Notes under the pieces: model-generated
The model's database searches: none
The model's input: only the letters and a program-made list of their open reading frames with translations
What the model was told of the DNA's origin: nothing
DNA from: Puniceicoccaceae bacterium Marseille-Q1082
GTDB lineage: Bacteria > Verrucomicrobiota > Verrucomicrobiia > Opitutales > Intestinicryptomonadaceae
DNA: 32,000 nucleotides
Assembly: GCA_904424815.1 (NCBI GenBank)
Contig: CAJGBI010000001.1
Location: 1,227,671-1,259,670, forward strand
Direction of reading: 5' to 3'
Part shown: one piece after another, positions 18,543 through 26,500 of the stretch
Position numbering within the stretch: position 1 is the first letter of the stretch
Layout: each line of letters begins with the position of its first letter
Translations under genes and position numbers: made by a program

Positions 18543-18685
18543 CAACACTTCCGGAGTTCGTTCCGAAAACCCAAGCTTCCCAGATTTGGCGCAATGATTT
18601 TGGAGATAAAAACGGGGCGCAAGCGAAACAAAGGGTTGAAGCGTATTAAACATACGCGAAACTCAACAGTTATCCGTTATCCAAC

Positions 18686-18715
18686 AAAAAAACGAACCTC
18701 CCATGAGAGGTTCGT
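18686..18715 (-). terminator. intrinsic terminator T2 of repeat unit
   Basis: Same 9-bp stem and 6-nt loop, followed by T7 on the minus strand. Confidence 0.75.
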
Positions 18716-18855
18716 CGACACTTCCGGAGTTCGTTCCGAAAACCGCAGGTTCCAGATTTGGCGCAATGATTTTGGAGCTAAAAACGGGGCGCAAGCGAAA
18801 CGGCGGATTGAAGCGTATTAAACATACGCGAAAGTCGCCGTTATCCGTCACCCAC

Positions 18856-18885
18856 AAAAAAACGAACCTCCCATGAGAGGTTCGT
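18856..18885 (-). terminator. intrinsic terminator T3 of repeat unit
   Basis: Same 9-bp stem and 6-nt loop, followed by T7 on the minus strand. Confidence 0.75.
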
Positions 18886-19027
18886 TAACACTTCCGGAGT
18901 TCGTTCCTGAAAACCAAGCTTCCCAGATTTGGCGCAATGATTTTGGAGCTAAAAACGGGGCGCAAGCGAAACGGCGGATTGAAGCGTATTAAACATACGC
19001 GAAACTCAACAGTTATACGTTCCCAAC

Positions 19028-19056
19028 AAAAAACGAACCTCCCATGAGAGGTTCGC
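19028..19056 (-). terminator. intrinsic terminator T4 of repeat unit (first terminator downstream of glgC)
   Basis: Minus strand: GCGAACCTC-TCATGG-GAGGTTCGT followed by T6. The basal pair is G.U on the minus strand only. Confidence 0.75.
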
Positions 19057-19096
19057 TAACACTTCCGGAGTTCGTTCCGAAAAGCCAAGGGTATCC

Positions 19097-19228
19097 GATT
19101 TGGCGCAATGATTTTGGAGCTAAAAACGGGGCGCAAGCGAAACGGCGGATTGAAGCGTATTAAACATACGCGAAAGTCGCCGTTATCGCGCAGCAACTCG
19201 TTTTTAGCCCAAAAGCATTCGCCAAATC
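19097..19228 (-). repeat. 132-nt long inverted repeat (REPIN/MITE-like hairpin) overlapping the glgC stop codon
   Basis: Arms 19097-19128 and 19199-19228 pair over ~29 bp with two bulges and one mismatch. Inner stem AACGGCG/CGCCGTT. Apical hairpin GCGTAT-N5-ATACGC. Confidence 0.85.
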
Positions 19229-20498
19229 AGGTGTGGGTGTTTGCGGGGATTACAGCTGTCTTTGTGACGATGAGTATGCCGTCGCGCACATAGAGGCCGT
19301 CGGATTCCCATTTGTCGGGCTTTCCGTCGGGAGAGAGCCAACAGTTGTCGCCGATGCTCGCGTTTTTGTCGATAATCGCGTTTTCTATGTGGCAGTTTCT
19401 GCCTATGCCGAGGCGCGGGGTCTTGTTGTGGCTGTGAAAGTCGTACATGTCTGCGCCCATCATTATGACGTTTTTCATGTACGTGCCCTCGCCTATTATG
19501 GAGCGCACGCCGACGATACAGCGTTCAAGCGTGGCGTTGCGTATGAGGCATCCGTCGGAGATGTCGCACCTCTCGACGCGGCTGCCGAATATGCGGGCGC
19601 CGGGCAGAAACCTGCTATGGGTGTAAACGGTCTGCCCTTTTTTATAAAAGTCGAACGGGGGAACGTCGTCGGTAAGGGCGAGGTTTGCATCGAAGAACGA
19701 GCGTATGGTGCCGATATCCTCCCAATAGCCGTTAAACACATACGCGCTGAGCTTCTTTTTCCCGAGCATTCCGGGAATCACCTCCTTGCCGAAGTCCATC
19801 TCGCTTCCGCCCATCGCCTCTTCGAGAATTTTTCTTGAGAACACATAGATGCCCATCGACGCCATGCAGTATCCCGCGGGATCGGGATTTTTTATGTCTG
19901 AAATCACGCTTGGGCTCACGAGGAAAGAGTCTATAACCGCGGGATCTTTGGGCTTTTCGGCGAATTCGACTATGTTGAGATCCTGGTCGACCTTCATGAC
20001 GCCGAGGTTCGGAGCCTCCGAGCGCGGCATTGGTTTCGCCGCGATGGTGATGTCCGCTCCGCTTTCAATGTGGGCGTTTATCATCTTGGTGAAATCCATC
20101 TGGTAGAGCTGGTCTCCGGAGAGGATGAGATAGTAGAGGTTTTCGCCCTGGTAGCGCTCGAAATGGTGCATGTTTTTGCGCACGGCGTCGGCGGTGCCCT
20201 GATACCAGCTTCCTCCGGAATCGGTCTGCTCGGCGGCGAGAATATCCACGAACCCCTGTCCGAAAGAATCGAATTTATAAGTCTGCTGGATATGCTTGTG
20301 AAGCGAAGCGGTGTTGAATTGGGAGAGGAGATATATGTGGTCGTAGCCCGAATTTATGCAATTGCTTATCGGGATGTCAACGAGCCTGTACTTCCCCGCT
20401 AGCGGAACCGCCGGCTTGCAGCGGTATTTTGTCAGGGGATAGAGGCGCGTCCCGCGCCCGCCGCCCATGATTATGCTGATTACGTTGTGTCTTGTCAT
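19227..20498 (-). CDS. glgC: glucose-1-phosphate adenylyltransferase
   Basis: Start set to ATG 20498 (MTRHNVISIIMGGGRGTRLYPLTKYRCKPAVP...). It has WYQGTADAV and a C-terminal left-handed beta-helix-type repeat region. The upstream 31 codons of the ORF-track call look non-coding. Confidence 0.92.
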   Translation of the reverse strand: MTRHNVISIIMGGGRGTRLYPLTKYRCKPAVPLAGKYRLVDIPISNCINSGYDHIYLLSQFNTASLHKHIQQTYKFDSFGQGFVDILAAEQTDSGGSWYQGTADAVRKNMHHFERYQGENLYYLILSGDQLYQMDFTKMINAHIESGADITIAAKPMPRSEAPNLGVMKVDQDLNIVEFAEKPKDPAVIDSFLVSPSVISDIKNPDPAGYCMASMGIYVFSRKILEEAMGGSEMDFGKEVIPGMLGKKKLSAYVFNGYWEDIGTIRSFFDANLALTDDVPPFDFYKKGQTVYTHSRFLPGARIFGSRVERCDISDGCLIRNATLERCIVGVRSIIGEGTYMKNVIMMGADMYDFHSHNKTPRLGIGRNCHIENAIIDKNASIGDNCWLSPDGKPDKWESDGLYVRDGILIVTKTAVIPANTHT

Positions 20499-20752
20499 AT
20501 TTCGGAATTTTAGGCGATGGCGTTTTTGACCCGCAATACGCGCGGGAGTTCCGGAAAGGCGGCCCGATCTGCGAAACCTCCCCCTCCGCAAAAACGCGGG
20601 AATTTTTTATCATTATAACCCCCGCAGTTTGCAGGGGATTATCGCATTTCCCCTCCGCAAATCCAGCTTTTTTTGATTATATTTCGCTCTACGTCAAAGA
20701 TTGTGGAATGGTGGAAAAAAAAGAGGGCAAAGAGAATAAAAAATGTTCTACA

Positions 20753-21934
20753 ATGCCCAATGTGTTAATCAAGGGTTACAAGATACTCAGGACAGTAAGA
20801 GTTGGTCAAGACTTTTCGCTTGCGGAAGTTGAGCATAAGCAGTCGGGTATACCCGACTGCTTATGCGGGTCGCATCGTTTGATACATTACGATTCCTACC
20901 GGCGTTATATTAAGCACGTCTCTGAAAACGGAGCTATTTATCATCTCAAGGTAAAATGCAAGCGTTACAAGTGTCTCGATTGCGGAAGGGTCTTTCGCGA
21001 AAGGCTTGAGGGAGTAAGGCCTTACGCTCGTCACTCGGAGAGGTTCAAAAACAGGCTCGTAAGTGAATACGCTCGGAACGTTTGCAATAAGGCTATTGCC
21101 CGGATTTACCGCATATCTGCAAGCACGGTTGAGCGGGCAATCCACAGTAGGTACGAGCAAAAGCTCAAAGAGCAAATCAACTATCCTTGTCCTGAAATTA
21201 TAGGAATAGACGAGCACACAATCCACAAGGGTTACAAGTTTGCGACTACGATAGCCGACTTATCGCACCACAGGGTATACGATGTTATTAAAGGGAAGAG
21301 ACATATCGATATAGCAGGCGCGCTAATGTCGTACAAAGGCAGGGAAAATGTGAAGGTAGTGTGCATGGATTTATCGAGCGGATATCGAAGTATCGTAAGG
21401 AGATGTTTTCCGAGGGCGAAGATAGTAGCGGATAGGTTTCATGTGATACGATTAGTGCTCCACCACTTTATGGAATTTTGCAAGAGTGCGCAGGAAGAAG
21501 TAAAGTGGAAGAGATCGATTACTTATCCTTTGCGGAAAAGGAGAGAGAGGCTAAAAGCGCAAGAGATGGAGCGGCTTAAAAGCTTTTTTAGTGGAAATCC
21601 GGCAATAGAGCTTGCGTACGAATTTAAGGAGCGATTATGCGGGCTATTGAATAAAAAGAGTCAGACGGCAAAGCAATGCAGGGATAACATAAGAAAGTTA
21701 AAGGAAATGATGAAGATAATGAAATACGAAGCGCCGACAGAGTTTGGGAAGCTTGCGGAAACGATAAGCGAATGGTTTGCGCCGATAATAAGAATGTGGA
21801 GATTTACAAAAAATAACGGAATAACGGAGGGCTTCCACCGCAAGATGAAATTAATACAACGCAGAGCCTACGGATACAGAAACTTTGAAAATTACAGACT
21901 GAGAGTCCTCGTGGAATGCGGGGTAAAACTATGA
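20753..21934 (+). CDS. ISL3-family DDE transposase
   Basis: zf-ISL3-like CxC...CxxC (CLCGSH...CLDCG), GIDEH, MDLSSGY and NNGITEGFHRKMKLIQRRAYGYRNFENYRLR. An alternative start at ATG 20708 lies inside the left IR. The ORF-track start at 20492 lies outside the IS and is rejected. Confidence 0.9.
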   Translation: MPNVLIKGYKILRTVRVGQDFSLAEVEHKQSGIPDCLCGSHRLIHYDSYRRYIKHVSENGAIYHLKVKCKRYKCLDCGRVFRERLEGVRPYARHSERFKNRLVSEYARNVCNKAIARIYRISASTVERAIHSRYEQKLKEQINYPCPEIIGIDEHTIHKGYKFATTIADLSHHRVYDVIKGKRHIDIAGALMSYKGRENVKVVCMDLSSGYRSIVRRCFPRAKIVADRFHVIRLVLHHFMEFCKSAQEEVKWKRSITYPLRKRRERLKAQEMERLKSFFSGNPAIELAYEFKERLCGLLNKKSQTAKQCRDNIRKLKEMMKIMKYEAPTEFGKLAETISEWFAPIIRMWRFTKNNGITEGFHRKMKLIQRRAYGYRNFENYRLRVLVECGVKL

Positions 21935-21946
21935 AAGACAAATCTA

Positions 21947-22020
21947 AAAAATCAACCTATTCCACAACCTTTGGTGTTGACCCAAAAATCAACCTATTCC
22001 ACAACCTTTGGTGTTGACCC
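21947..22020 (+). repeat. perfect tandem duplication (2 x 37 bp) of the IS right terminal repeat
   Basis: AAAAATCAACCTATTCCACAACCTTTGGTGTTGACCC occurs at 21947-21983 and again at 21984-22020. Confidence 0.9.
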
Positions 22021-22040
22021 AAATTTCGGGCAAATCCCAA

Positions 22041-22111
22041 TTCCCCGGCAGGGATTCGAACCCCGACTAGATGAACCAAAATCATCTGTGCTACCATTAC
22101 ACCACCAGGGA
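22041..22111 (-). tRNA. tRNA-Gln (anticodon UUG)
   Basis: Hand-folded cloverleaf on the minus strand: acceptor TCCCTGG/CCGGGGA (one G.U), D arm GTGT-AATGGTA-GCAC, anticodon arm GATGA-TTTTGGT-TCATC, T arm CGGGG-TTCGAAT-CCCTG, discriminator A. No encoded CCA. Confidence 0.85.
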
Positions 22112-22127
22112 GTTCTGCAAAAAAAAC

Positions 22128-22200
22128 TGGAGATGATCGGGTTCGAACCGACGACCCCCACAATGCCATTGTGGTGCTCTTCCAACTGAGCTACATCCCC
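22128..22200 (-). tRNA. tRNA-Ala (anticodon GGC)
   Basis: Cloverleaf on the minus strand: acceptor GGGGATG/CATCTCC with the G3.U70 alanine identity pair, D arm GCTC-AGTTGGAA-GAGC, anticodon arm CCACA-ATGGCAT-TGTGG, T arm GTCGG-TTCGAAC-CCGAT. No encoded CCA. Confidence 0.9.
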
Positions 22201-22217
22201 TAAAAAAATATTTTGTA

Positions 22218-22246
22218 ATTAGGACATCGGGCGGCGGTTCAGTCAA
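22218..22246 (-). promoter_or_regulatory. candidate sigma70-type promoter for the tRNA-Ala/tRNA-Gln pair
   Basis: Minus strand TTGACT-N17-CCTAAT, ending 17 nt upstream of the tRNA-Ala 5' end, in an AT-rich divergent intergenic region. Confidence 0.4.
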
Positions 22247-22442
22247 TGCTAATTTTCGTTTTTTTGAAAAATTTTTTGTTGAAACTTTTTCGGAAGACGC
22301 CCATTTTAGGCGTAAATTGCGCTCCCGCGCGGGCGCATAAAAAATGCCGCAAAACGCAAATGGGGGATTCGTTTGGCGTTTTGAAGGCGTTCGGGGCGGG
22401 CTCGAATGCGCGCCGAAAACTTCACAATCCAATTTAAACGCC

Positions 22443-23573
22443 ATGACGGGTTCTCCGCTTAAATTCATTTCCGCCGCGTTTCTCGCGGCGTGCGTCGCAT
22501 TCTCCTGGGGCTGCAAAGAGCAGAAATCCCAGAAAAAACAGCAGCTTTCCGACACGGTTGAGGTAGCCCTTCCCGTAAGGAAAGACGTCGAAGTGTGGGA
22601 CTCATACACGGCGCGAATCGAAGGCGCGCAGTCTGTGCAAATCCGCGCGCGCGTATCAGGCTACCTCGAAAAAATACACTTCACTGACGGCGACTACGTA
22701 AAGCAGGGCGACGTGCTCTTCCAGATAGACCCACGCCCCTTCCAGGCGGTCGCCGAGGCGTGCAAAGCCTCCGTGCTGGAAACGAACGCGCGCATAGAGC
22801 TCGCCAGAAGCAACTTGAAGCGCGCCGAAGAGCTCTTCGCCCAAAACGCCATTTCAAAGGAAGTCTACGAGACCCGCAAGAGCGAGCTTCTCTCCGCAGA
22901 GGCGGTTCTCATATCAGACAAGGCAAAACTCAAAGAGGCCGAGCTCAACCTCGAGTTCACGCGCATAACCTCCCCTATTTCCGGCTACGTCAGCCGCCGC
23001 CTCGTGGACGAGGGCAACCTCATAAACGCCTCCGACACCCTCATGGCGAGCGTGGTCTCCCGCGACACGGTGTACGCTTATTTTGAAATCAGCGAGAGGG
23101 ACATCATAAAATACAATAAAATCCGCCTTTTCGACTCGATAGACTCCAAGAAGCGGCAGGGGCCGCCCGTGCGCCTGAAGCTGCTCGACGAGCCCGCGCC
23201 CTCGCACTTCGGACAGGTGACCTACGTCGACAACACCCTGAACGCCTCGAGCCTCGAGCTGCGCGCGGAAATCGACAACTCTTCCGGCGCGCTCTTCCCG
23301 GGCATGTACGCGACTGTGGAGCTGCGGGCGGGCGCTCCCGCCAAGCGGCTTCTCGTCCCCGAGGCGGCGGTCGGCACGGACCTCGTGGGGAGGTTCGTAT
23401 ACATAGTCAATTCCGAAAACGTGGTCGAATACAGGGCGGTGACGGCCGGCGAGCTCGTCGGCAAGCTGCAAGTGATTTCCGCGGGGCTCGACGGGAGCGA
23501 AAAGGTCATAATAAACGGAATCCGCCGCGCGGTTCCGAAGAAAAAGGTCACCCCCGTCCTGAAAAAGCTCTAA
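22443..23573 (+). CDS. RND efflux periplasmic adaptor (membrane fusion protein)
   Basis: Start set to ATG 22443 (MTGSPLKFISAAFLAACVAFSWGC, lipobox-like). HlyD/AcrA-type motifs LFQIDPRPFQ and FTRITSPISGYVS. It lies immediately upstream of the RND permease. Confidence 0.88.
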   Translation: MTGSPLKFISAAFLAACVAFSWGCKEQKSQKKQQLSDTVEVALPVRKDVEVWDSYTARIEGAQSVQIRARVSGYLEKIHFTDGDYVKQGDVLFQIDPRPFQAVAEACKASVLETNARIELARSNLKRAEELFAQNAISKEVYETRKSELLSAEAVLISDKAKLKEAELNLEFTRITSPISGYVSRRLVDEGNLINASDTLMASVVSRDTVYAYFEISERDIIKYNKIRLFDSIDSKKRQGPPVRLKLLDEPAPSHFGQVTYVDNTLNASSLELRAEIDNSSGALFPGMYATVELRAGAPAKRLLVPEAAVGTDLVGRFVYIVNSENVVEYRAVTAGELVGKLQVISAGLDGSEKVIINGIRRAVPKKKVTPVLKKL

Positions 23574-23577
23574 GGCC

Positions 23578-26500
23578 ATGAAATTTTCCCACTTCTTCAT
23601 AGACAGGCCGATTTTCGCGACGGTAATATCCGTATTCATAACGTTCGTCGGCCTCATAGCGTTTTCCCAGCTGTCGCTCACGCAGTACCCGAACATTGCG
23701 CCCCCCGCGGTAAACGTCAGCGGCTCGTACTCCGGAGCGTCTCCGGAAGTCATAATGAACACCACCCTCGCCCCGCTCGAACAAAAGCTCAACGGCGTGG
23801 AAGGCATGATATACATGTCCAGCGAAGCGACCTCCGAGGGTTCGTGGTCCATAAACATAACTTTCGAGACCGGCGTTAACATCGACATGGCGCAGGTGCT
23901 CGTCCAAAACCGCGTGAGGCAGGCGGAAAACAGGATTCCGCAGGAAGTGCGCGACGTCGGCATAAACGTCTACAAGCGCAATCCGGACATACTGATGACT
24001 ATAAACCTCGTCTCACCCAACGGCACGCGCGACAAAATTTACCTCTCCAACTACGCGATCACCCAGATGCAGGACAGGCTCGCGCGCGTAAAGGGCGTCA
24101 GCGAATTCGGCGTGTGGGGCGCGAAGGAGTACAGCATGCGCGTGTGGCTCGACCCCGACAGGCTTGCGGCGGTCAACCTTTCGCCGATAGAGGTTGTCGA
24201 CGCCCTCAAAGAGCAGAATACGCAGGTGGCCGCTGGCAGGCTCAACCAGCCCCCGAGCGACACGGGCGCCGCCTTCGAGCTGCTCATCAACGCGCAGGGC
24301 AGGCTTGCGACAACCGAGGAATTCGGCGACATCATCGTAAAATACACCCCCGACGGGCGCATCATACATTTGAAGGACATCGCGCGCATAGAGCTCGGCG
24401 CGTACAGCTATTCGAACGAATCCTACATAAACCAGAAGAGCTCCGTGACAATGGGCGTATACCAGCTGCCCGGCACGAACGCCATCGAGACCGTAAAGCT
24501 GCTGCGCGCGGAACTCGAGGAAATGAAGAAAAACTTTCCCGACGACGTGGACTACGTCATAGGCTACGACACCACCGAGTACGTGCAGGAGTCCATCAAC
24601 GCCCTCTACCGCACGATATTCGAGGCCGTGGTGCTCGTGGTGCTGGTGATAATAGTATTCCTGCAAAGCTGGAGGGCGGCGATAATCCCGCTGTTCGCGA
24701 TACCCGTATCGCTGGTGGGCACGTTCGCGATAATGTACGCCTCCGGATTTACGATAAACAACCTCACGCTCTTCGGGCTGGTGCTCGCAATCGGCATAGT
24801 CGTCGACGACGCGATCGTCGTCGTCGAAAACGTGGAGCGCAACATGAAGGGCGGGCTCGGCGCGCGCGAGGCCACAAAGCAGGCGATGAGCCAGATACAG
24901 GGGGCGCTGATCGCCATCGTGCTGGTGCTGAGCTCGGCGTTTCTGCCAACCGCCTTCCTGCCGGGCATCTCGGGGCAGTTTTACAGGCAGTTCGCGATAA
25001 CAATCTCGACGTCAACCATCATATCGGGGCTGGTATCGCTCACCCTGACGCCCGCGCTATGCGCGCTATTTATGCGCCACTCCGCGCATGAAAAGAGGAG
25101 CCTCTTCGACCTGGTATGGGACTACTCCCTCGGATTTATCCTCAAATATTTCAATCTGGGCTTCGACAAGTTCGCCTTGTTTTACGGGAAATTCGTAAAG
25201 TTCGTGGTGAGGATCTCCGCGATAATGCTCATACTGTACTGCGGAATGATATGGGCGACCAAGGAGATATTCGTCGAGACCCCCACGGGCTTCATTCCCA
25301 AACAGGACAGAGGCTCTTTCAACGCCTGGCTGAGGCTTCCCGACGGGGCGTCGTTCGAGCGTTCGGAGGAGGCCGTTATAAAGGCCGGCAAGCTGCTCGC
25401 GGACATCGAGGGGATCCGCTACGCGGTGACTACCGCCGGACAGGGCGGCTCGAACGTCGGCAGGATAAATTTCAGGCTCTCCGACAGAAAGGAACGCGAC
25501 AAAAACGGCTGGACGCTCGACCACATAATGAACAGGGTAAAGAGCGTGCTCGACCGCGAAATACTCGAGGCCACCGTCAACGTGACGACCCCCGCCACGG
25601 TTCCGGGCATCGGCAGCGGCAGCGACTTCAAGCTGCAAGTCGAAGACCGCGCGGGGCTCGGCGTGTTCGAGCTCGAAAAATACACGAACGAGCTCATAGA
25701 GGCAATAAACGCCCTGCCCGCCGTCAACGACGCCTACACAACCTACACGACCAACAACCCGCAGCTCTACGCCACCATCGACCGAGAGAGGGCGCAAAAG
25801 CTGAACGTCTCGATAGACTCGATTTTCCGAACCTTGCAGTTCAACCTCGGCTCCGTCTATGTGAACGACTTCAACATTCTGGGGCGCGTCTACCGCGTCG
25901 TGGCGCAGGCGGAGGCGAGCAACCGCAAGGACATAGCCGACATCTACAAGCTCAAAGTCCCCAACGACCTCGGCCAAAACGTTCCCCTCGGGTCGGTTGT
26001 CACCATAAAGCGCGGCATAGGCCCGTACAAAATCGTCCGCTACAACCTCTATCCGAGCGCCGAAATACAGGGCAACCTGAACGAGGGGTACAGCACGGGA
26101 TACGTAATGAACGAAGTCGAAAAGCTCGCGGCAAAAATCCTGCCGCAGGGAATGGGCATCGAGTGGACGGACCTCGCATACCAGCAAAAGAAGGCGGGGA
26201 ATTCATCCATCTACATTTTCGCGGTCTGCGTGATTTTCGTCTTCCTGCTGCTCTCCGCGCTCTACGAGAGCTGGATTCTGCCGCTGTCGGTCATACTCGT
26301 GGTGCCGCTCGTGATACTCTTCGCGATGATAGGGGTCAACATCAGGGGGCTCGACAACAACCTTATGACGCAAATTGGCTTCGTGGTCCTAATAGGGCTG
26401 GCGTGCAAAAACGCCATACTCATAGTCGAGTTCGCAAAACAGCGCGAGGAGCACGGAGAGAAAATCGTCTCGGCGGTGAGCACGGCGGCGCAGAACCGCC

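Larger units (their letters stand above)
18513..19228 (-). repeat. tandem array of four ~170-bp structured repeat units (family shared with 26791-27879)
   Basis: Head-to-tail copies with periods of 173, 170 and 171 bp; the terminator stem starts at 18520, 18693, 18863 and 19034. The copies are near-identical apart from short indels and one swapped internal stem. Confidence 0.9.
20687..22020 (+). mobile_element. ISL3-family insertion sequence (boundaries +/- 2 bp)
   Basis: Imperfect terminal inverted repeats: left CTCTACGTCAAAGATTGTGGAATGG versus reverse complement of right GGGTCAACACCAAAGGTTGTGGAATAGG. Flanking 8-bp near-direct repeat ATATTTCG (20679-20686) / AAATTTCG (22021-22028). Visibly lower GC than the flanking DNA. 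Single transposase ORF. Confidence 0.8.

Noticed and set aside
18369-18653. Minus-strand ORFs that share the peptide EVLTNLSWEVRFFVG.GEG (also 26708-27040, 27114-27410, and the first 80 codons of ORF 16853-18514).
   Set aside because: They read straight through the terminator hairpin and T-run. The frame is not preserved between loci, because one extra nucleotide in the locus-1 copy switches ..GEGIEALAKP.. to ..GEGDRSIGES... They have no start context. The conservation is at the nucleotide level only.
18513-19228. CRISPR array.
   Set aside because: The period is ~170 bp rather than ~60-75 bp. The whole unit is repeated, with no unique spacers, and no cas genes are in the window.
19097-19228. 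Integron attC site (an imperfect inverted repeat right after a gene's stop codon; also 27748-27879).
   Set aside because: There are no GTTRRRY / RYYYAAC core sites at the ends, no intI gene or attI nearby, and the flanking genes are ordinary housekeeping or transport genes rather than cassettes.
18594-19293. Small basic plus-strand ORFs inside the tandem units (MILELKTGRKRNGGLKRIKHTR..., 36 aa in units 2 and 3; ORF-track entries 18594-18821 and 19108-19293), considered as possible type I toxin-like or micro-peptide genes.
   Set aside because: The shared residues only reflect nucleotide identity. One-nucleotide indels make the ORF run on in unit 1 and read into antisense glgC in unit 4. There is no Shine-Dalgarno sequence before the ATG. 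The locus-2 copies have a different 14-aa ORF at the same place.
22201-22442. Possible regulatory hairpins or a riboswitch in the AT-rich region between the tRNA pair and the RND operon (for example GACGCC-N8-GGCGT and GCGCTCC..GGGCGC).
   Set aside because: The stems are short and weak and have no flanking T-runs. I recognise no riboswitch consensus. Only the tRNA promoter candidate seemed worth listing.
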